This document shows, in pieces, positions 59,435-64,000 of a DNA stretch of 64,000 bases. This stretch comes from Actinomycetes bacterium (GTDB taxonomy: Bacteria; Actinomycetota; Actinomycetes; Streptosporangiales; Streptosporangiaceae): NCBI GenBank assembly GCA_025964575.1, contig JAOPYO010000237.1:3855-67854 (forward strand). Reading direction: 5' to 3'. Under the pieces are notes generated by a model that was not told where the DNA came from, did no database searches, and saw only the letters and a program-made list of their open reading frames with translations. Every line of letters begins with the position of its first letter. The first letter of the stretch is position 1. The position numbers and the translations under genes are program-made.

Positions 59435-60477
59435 CGCGCTGTCCCCATGTGCTGGGGCAGCGGTGGCCGGCAGACGATGGCCTCGGCCATCCCTTCCAGT
59501 TGCCACTCTCCGGCGAGGAAGGGAACGACCGCCACCTCGCCACGACTCAGGTCGAGACTCTCCCCGGACTCGGTGACCAGGCGGCCCGAGCCGGTCGTGA
59601 CGAGCGCCACCGCGAAGCCGGCGGCCACGACAGGGCTGGTGCCGACCGCACGCAGTCGATGGGCCCGGAAGTAGGGCTCGGCTGCGACAGGCAGCAGGCC
59701 GACGATGCCGGCCGTGTCAAGTCGCTCTCGGGGCAGCAGCAGACCATCGAGATCGGATTCGTTCAGCGCGCCGAGGTGCAACGCGCCGAGGGCGATGTCG
59801 AAACCCAGCCCCAGATGGCCGTCTCGACGCAGATCAAGGGTGAGTCCTTCCGCCTCAAGCATGATCGACAGGTCGGTGGGTTCCTGTAGTTCCAGGACGA
59901 ACACACCCGCGTCGATGGAGTGGGGAAGGCCCGCCGGCACCAGGACCGCGTCGCCCGGTCGTACGGTGTGGGCGCGCAACGACCCGACCAGGCCGTCGGA
60001 GTCCCCGGCGTCGACCATCGCCCGCACCTGTGACAGGCGCATGGACTCGGCGAAGCCGAGCCGGACCCTGGCCCCTTCATCGACGTCCAGGACGATCCAC
60101 GCCTCGGTCTTGCCGTGCGGGATCCCCAGGTGCTTTCGAGAGAACGCACGGTCGGGATGCAGGTGCACCGGCAGCCGCTGGCCGGCGTCGAGCAGCTTGA
60201 CCAGAAGCTCGGTGGACGCACCGTAGCTGTCCACATGTGCTGGTCCGAGCCAGCTCTGCGGGTCCGCCATGACCGCGTCACGCAGCAGGGTGCCCTCGGG
60301 GAGCCTCGAGAGCCCACGCGCCGGATCCGATGTCATCGTGGTCATCGAAGCGATCCACTCCTCCGGGCGGCGGGGTCCGTCGGCCCCACTGCCGCCGCGC
60401 AACGCGGTGATGCGGTCGCCGCCCCGGTAGGAGTGCTCGACCTGGTTCACCGGTAGCAGGTGCGTACGGGCTTTCAT
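59431..60477 (-). CDS. Class I mannose-6-phosphate isomerase-like cupin
   Basis: ATG at 60477 follows AGGAG. LLVKLLDAGQRLPVHLHPD and HGKTEAWIVL are the PMI type I metal-binding blocks. Confidence 0.75.
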   Translation of the reverse strand: MKARTHLLPVNQVEHSYRGGDRITALRGGSGADGPRRPEEWIASMTTMTSDPARGLSRLPEGTLLRDAVMADPQSWLGPAHVDSYGASTELLVKLLDAGQRLPVHLHPDRAFSRKHLGIPHGKTEAWIVLDVDEGARVRLGFAESMRLSQVRAMVDAGDSDGLVGSLRAHTVRPGDAVLVPAGLPHSIDAGVFVLELQEPTDLSIMLEAEGLTLDLRRDGHLGLGFDIALGALHLGALNESDLDGLLLPRERLDTAGIVGLLPVAAEPYFRAHRLRAVGTSPVVAAGFAVALVTTGSGRLVTESGESLDLSRGEVAVVPFLAGEWQLEGMAEAIVCRPPLPQHMGTAR

Positions 60478-60530
60478 GCGGCTCCTGCCATGGTCATCAC
60501 CGTTGCCGCAGGTTCGCTCGCACGACCATG

Positions 60531-60552
60531 CCGGACATCCGCGGATGTCCGG
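60531..60552. promoter_or_regulatory. Perfect 22-bp palindrome in the operon leader
   Basis: CCGGACATCCGCGGATGTCCGG lies 54-75 nt upstream of the isomerase ATG. Confidence 0.35.
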
Positions 60553-60616
60553 CGGCGCCGGGGCGGGTGAGTCTCCGTGGTGTGCACGTCGCCTCCAGAG
60601 TCGATGGTCAGAGCGA

Positions 60617-60630
60617 TGACATCGATGTCG
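60617..60630. promoter_or_regulatory. LacI-type operator-like palindrome TGACATCGATGTCG
   Basis: It matches the 14-mer at 52494 and 60858 at 12 of 14 positions and contains the perfect 12-bp palindrome GACATCGATGTC. Confidence 0.55.
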
Positions 60631-60857
60631 TGGCCGGGACGTTAGCTCGCAGGACCGTGCAGGTCAAGAGGTCGGGTAGCGCGTGAGATGTATTCGTAAC
60701 ACGTTGGAAACACACGGCGCACATTCCGCCGACATTTTGGCTAAATCGGGTAAATGACGGTGAAGTTCCTCGTCAAGATGAATGCAAGATGAGGACTAAG
60801 TGAAATCTTGTGGCGCATTGGGCTGTGCCGTCGGCATTGGATTTGATTCCTAAAGAC

Positions 60858-60871
60858 TGACATCGTTGTCA
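60858..60871. promoter_or_regulatory. LacI-type operator-like palindrome TGACATCGTTGTCA
   Basis: It is identical to 52494-52507 and lies in the AT-richer part of the 530-bp divergent intergenic region. Confidence 0.6.
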
Positions 60872-61006
60872 TTTTCCGAAGCGTTTTCGCGGGCCGTCCT
60901 TGGACCTCAAAAACTGCGGCCGACCCCGCGGAGTTGACGGGTCAGTGATTGCCCGGGAAGACAGCGGGTAGTACTCGCGTCCCCGACACAAGGAGGCGAC
61001 TCGTCC

Positions 61007-61237
61007 ATGAGTCTCGATGAAGCCGCCCGGCAGCTACGTTCCACCGCCCACGACGCCCAGGTGGCCTTCGACTGCGTGGGACTGGGGGACCTGGAACGTG
61101 CTCACCTCCACGTGATCACCGCGCGTACCGCGGCCGACGCCGCGGAGGCGGCGTTGCGTGAGGCTCTCGCGCGGATGTCACCCGAGGAGGCGGCCATCGA
61201 GGGCGAACGGGCCATCGCCGCCACCGAAGGCGCCTGA
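61007..61237 (+). CDS. Small hypothetical helical protein (76 aa)
   Basis: The ATG lies 9 nt after AAGGAGG. The ORF is Ala/Glu-rich with G/C third positions. I recognise no motif. Confidence 0.5.
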   Translation: MSLDEAARQLRSTAHDAQVAFDCVGLGDLERAHLHVITARTAADAAEAALREALARMSPEEAAIEGERAIAATEGA

Positions 61238-61243
61238 CTCCTG

Positions 61244-61321
61244 CCCGCCGTGATCTTTCGTCGTGCCGGAGTCATGACGGCAGGCTTCGCCTGCTGACAC
61301 GAATTGCAAGATCACGGCGGG
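61244..61321. repeat. Extragenic inverted repeat related to the CGTGATCATGCA family (copy D); probable bidirectional terminator
   Basis: CCCGCCGTGATCTT-(50 nt)-AAGATCACGGCGGG has perfect 14-bp arms. The right end TTGCAAGATCACGG matches copy B (TTGCATGATCACGG) at 13 of 14 positions. It is followed by GGTGGGGTTTTG. Confidence 0.65.
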
Positions 61322-61336
61322 GGTGGGGTTTTGCGG

Positions 61337-62554
61337 TCAGACGACGGGGCGCTCCATGACCGCCGGGTTCTCCACGGCACCCTCGACGGGCGTAGGTTCA
61401 AAACCCTTCGCCAGCATGAGGATCACCAGGATGAGGATCGTCGGCACGATGAAGGCGATGCGGACCGGCGTGATGGCCCCGAGAATCGCCGCACCGAGCA
61501 CGAACCCGACGTAGTTGAAGATGTTGACCCGGGCCACCGCGACGCCGAGCCCGGTCGGGTCGACCCTGGCGACGGCAGAGAACGACACCGGAGCGACCAC
61601 ACAGAGGCCCAGGCCCATGATGGTGAACGCGACGATGGCCAGGGGGGCGTTGGGCGCGACCACGACTCCGATCATGCCGACCAGACCGACCAGGCTGCCC
61701 ACCCTCACGACCTGGGTGGCGCCGTACCTGCGCACGCCGAAGTCCGCGATGCCCCGGCTCAGCACCATGGCCACCTGATAGACGACGTAGGCGAGCGGGG
61801 CGACTGCGGTGCTGCTCTTCAGATCGTCGGTCAGGTATTTGGTGCCATAGAGGGAGACGGCGGCGTCGGCGATGTAGAAGCAACCCATGGCGGTGCCGAC
61901 GATGAGGATCGGTCGCCACGGCACCCGCTTGGCCGCGGCCTTGAGGGCTTCGGAACTGGGTGCCGAACCCTCTTCGTCCTTGCCGAAGAGCCGGTGGCCG
62001 GTGGCGAGAGAGGCTCCGATGCCGACGACGGCGGGGATCAAGAAGCCGACGAGCAGCGACATGTCCACCTTGTTCGCCAGCGAGGCCCAGAGCCCGCCGA
62101 GGATGCCGGCGACGCTCCAGATCGCGTAGAAGCCGGTGAGCATGCTCTGCCCGTAGCGGCGTTCGACCGCGACGGCCTGGGCGTTCATCGACGCGTCGAC
62201 CGCGCCGACGAAGAGACCGAAGAGCGCCGTGCAGACGTACAGCGCGGGGTTGTTGTCGCCGGTCAGGCCGATCAGCGCGATGGTCACGCATACAGCGGGC
62301 TGGCTGATGCGCAGCACGATCGCGCTGCCGAATCGGGGGAAGACCAGACCGGACAGCACGCTTCCCACACCCGCGATCACGGGGACCAGGAGCAGCACGA
62401 TCCCGATCGCGCTGTCGCTCAGGTGGTGGGCCTTCTGGATCTGCGGCACCCGCGTCACCAGTGAGGCGAAACAGAGGCCTTGGATGGCGAAAGCGGCATA
62501 GGCCGAGATCCGTGCCTGACGATCCCGTGTGGTGATGCCGGAGGTCATTGGCAT
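61337..62554 (-). CDS. MFS transporter
   Basis: 12 predicted TM helices. Start is ATG 62554 or 62548, after GAGAGAGGG. Confidence 0.85.
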   Translation of the reverse strand: MPMTSGITTRDRQARISAYAAFAIQGLCFASLVTRVPQIQKAHHLSDSAIGIVLLLVPVIAGVGSVLSGLVFPRFGSAIVLRISQPAVCVTIALIGLTGDNNPALYVCTALFGLFVGAVDASMNAQAVAVERRYGQSMLTGFYAIWSVAGILGGLWASLANKVDMSLLVGFLIPAVVGIGASLATGHRLFGKDEEGSAPSSEALKAAAKRVPWRPILIVGTAMGCFYIADAAVSLYGTKYLTDDLKSSTAVAPLAYVVYQVAMVLSRGIADFGVRRYGATQVVRVGSLVGLVGMIGVVVAPNAPLAIVAFTIMGLGLCVVAPVSFSAVARVDPTGLGVAVARVNIFNYVGFVLGAAILGAITPVRIAFIVPTILILVILMLAKGFEPTPVEGAVENPAVMERPVV

Positions 62555-62689
62555 CCCTCTCTCGCGCGCCTGCGAATCGGATGCTCGACAGGTCCGGATT
62601 TGGACAGATAACATGAAGAATGTTCACGTCAGGGTAGGCATCGACCCAAGCCGGGTCAAGAGTACTGTTCCGCGGCTATCGTCTGAATC

Positions 62690-63304
62690 GTGGAAGACCC
62701 CCGACCCCCGACTCCAGGTGAGCGGCATGTCCCGACCCGAGACCTGCGGGCCTCCGACGCGGACCGGGAACGTGTGGTCACGCTACTGGGAGACGCGCTG
62801 GCCGACGGCAGGCTCACCGCCGTGGAGCACTCCGAGCGGACGGAACAGGCCTACACCGCCCGCACCCTGGGTGAGCTGACCGGGCTGACCACCGACCTGA
62901 TCCCGGCCGAGGGGCAGCCGATCCGGATCGACTCCCGATCGCTGCACGCCCTGTTCGGTTCGGTCCGGCGGGACGGCCGCTGGGTGGTGCCGGTCCGGCT
63001 TCCGGTGCTGGCGGTGTTCGGCTCGGTGGAGCTGGATCTGCGGGAGGCGATCCTGCAGCGCAAACACATCGTGATCGAGGCCGCCGTGCTCGCTGGGAGC
63101 ATCACGCTCCTCGTCCCGGACGGCGTCCAGGTCAATGTCACAGGCCGGATGATTCTCGCCTCCCGCGATCTGCGGGTCCGTCCCGTGGTGGACGGACCCG
63201 TCATCGAGATCAGCGGCAATCTGATCCTCGGTTCCATCAAGGCCGCGGCGCCCAAACGAACCTGGCGCCAACGCGTCAAGGGCCGCATCCGCCGCGGCGG
63301 CTGA
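62690..63304 (+). CDS. DUF1707 (SHOCT-like) domain protein with LiaF-like C-terminal domain
   Basis: LRASDADRERVVTLLGDALADGRLTAVEHSERTEQAY is the DUF1707 signature. The start is GTG. Confidence 0.8.
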   Translation: MEDPRPPTPGERHVPTRDLRASDADRERVVTLLGDALADGRLTAVEHSERTEQAYTARTLGELTGLTTDLIPAEGQPIRIDSRSLHALFGSVRRDGRWVVPVRLPVLAVFGSVELDLREAILQRKHIVIEAAVLAGSITLLVPDGVQVNVTGRMILASRDLRVRPVVDGPVIEISGNLILGSIKAAAPKRTWRQRVKGRIRRGG

Positions 63305-63355
63305 CGCCGCAAACGCTCGCCGATCTTGAGGTGAGCCACCTTCCGGCCGCGCGGG

Positions 63356-64000
63356 CTACAAGGCGCGGTCGAAGTTGATGGCGCTGTAGGCCCGCAGCTT
63401 GCCGAGCTGGTGCTCGCTCTGGACCCTGCGGATGGTGCCGCTGCGGGCGCGCATGACGAGCGAATGTGTGGAAGCGGTCCCCTTGCGGTAGCGGACGCCG
63501 CTCACCAACTCGCCGTCGGTGATGCCCGTGGCGGCGAAGAACACGTCGTCGGAGGTGACCAGGTCGTCGGTGGTCAGCACCCGCGAAAGGTCATGCCCGG
63601 CATCGATGGCCTTCTGCCGCTCCGCCTCGTCCAGAGGCCACAGCTTGCCCTGGATCACGCCGCCGAGGGCCTTGATCGCACAGGCGGTGATGATGCCCTC
63701 GGGGGTGCCGCCGACGCCGAGCAGCAGGTCGACACCGGTGCCCTCCCGGGCGGCCATGATCGCGCCGGCCACGTCACCATCGGTGATGAACTTGATGCGT
63801 GCGCCGGCCTCGCGGATCTCCTTGACGATGCCCTCGTGCCGGGGACGGTCCAGGATGATGACCGTCACATCCTCGACGGAGGAGCCCTTGGCACGGGCCA
63901 CGGCCCTGATGTTGTCACCGACCGGGCGCTCGATGTCGACCGCGTCGGCGGCCTCCGGCCCGGTGACGAGCTTCTCCATGTAGAACACCGCTGACGGGTC
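63356..64000 (-). CDS. glpX: Class II fructose-1,6-bisphosphatase GlpX (C-terminal part; 5' end beyond window)
   Basis: DPSAVFYMEKLVTGPEAA...GVGGTPEGIITACAIKALGG...SHSLVMRARSGTIR is present. The frame stays open to position 64000, and the track's first 'M' is an internal GTG (Val). Confidence 0.9.
   Translation of the reverse strand, partial: DPSAVFYMEKLVTGPEAADAVDIERPVGDNIRAVARAKGSSVEDVTVIILDRPRHEGIVKEIREAGARIKFITDGDVAGAIMAAREGTGVDLLLGVGGTPEGIITACAIKALGGVIQGKLWPLDEAERQKAIDAGHDLSRVLTTDDLVTSDDVFFAATGITDGELVSGVRYRKGTASTHSLVMRARSGTIRRVQSEHQLGKLRAYSAINFDRAL

Noticed and set aside
60754-60792. 12-codon ORF (MTVKFLVKMNAR) in the AT-richer part of the operon's upstream region, considered as a leader peptide.
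   Set aside because: It points away from the sugar operon and has no RBS and no obvious regulatory codon run or downstream attenuator structure.

Overview
High-GC actinobacterial chromosomal segment. I recognised no rRNA, tRNA, transposase, integrase or CRISPR array. About 55 protein-coding genes are dense on both strands, and many long antisense 'shadow' ORFs in the track are artefacts of the GC content. The backbone is a conserved housekeeping neighbourhood: metB, a Pra-like proline-rich RDD protein, greA, mca, a DUF255 thioredoxin-domain protein, a uppS-type cis-prenyltransferase, phoH2, fumC and glpX. From memory this mirrors the M. tuberculosis Rv1078-Rv1099c gene order. Lineage-specific blocks interrupt it: (i) a BchI-like AAA+/vWA pair, FIST, a ROK kinase, a GT-C glycosyltransferase and a 1194-aa GT2/TagF-like polymerase; (ii) two tandem M1 peptidases, one lacking the third Zn ligand; (iii) a split two-component system bracketing an inverted PAP2 plus two membrane-anchored esterase-like genes, one lacking the nucleophile Ser; (iv) cell-wall hydrolases, a TetR regulator with a decayed MFS gene, and two hypothetical genes; (v) class II and class I fumarases flanking a Ser/Thr kinase; (vi) a ten-gene, translationally coupled sugar operon at 50450-60477 on the minus strand. 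That operon is the most unusual item. It has a cupin (PMI-like) isomerase, an FGGY kinase, two LacD/YihT-family class I aldolases, a FrcBCA-like ABC importer, a P-loop kinase, a PfkB kinase and a LacI regulator, and a 14-bp operator-like palindrome occurs three times around it. I cannot map this enzyme set onto any described pathway. At the non-coding level there is a family of extragenic palindromes sharing the core CGTGATCATGCA (at least four copies), a perfect CRP-type site (TGTGA-N6-TCACA) upstream of a transglycosylase-like gene, and several clear hairpin terminators. All functional calls come from motif recognition by eye; no database search was possible.
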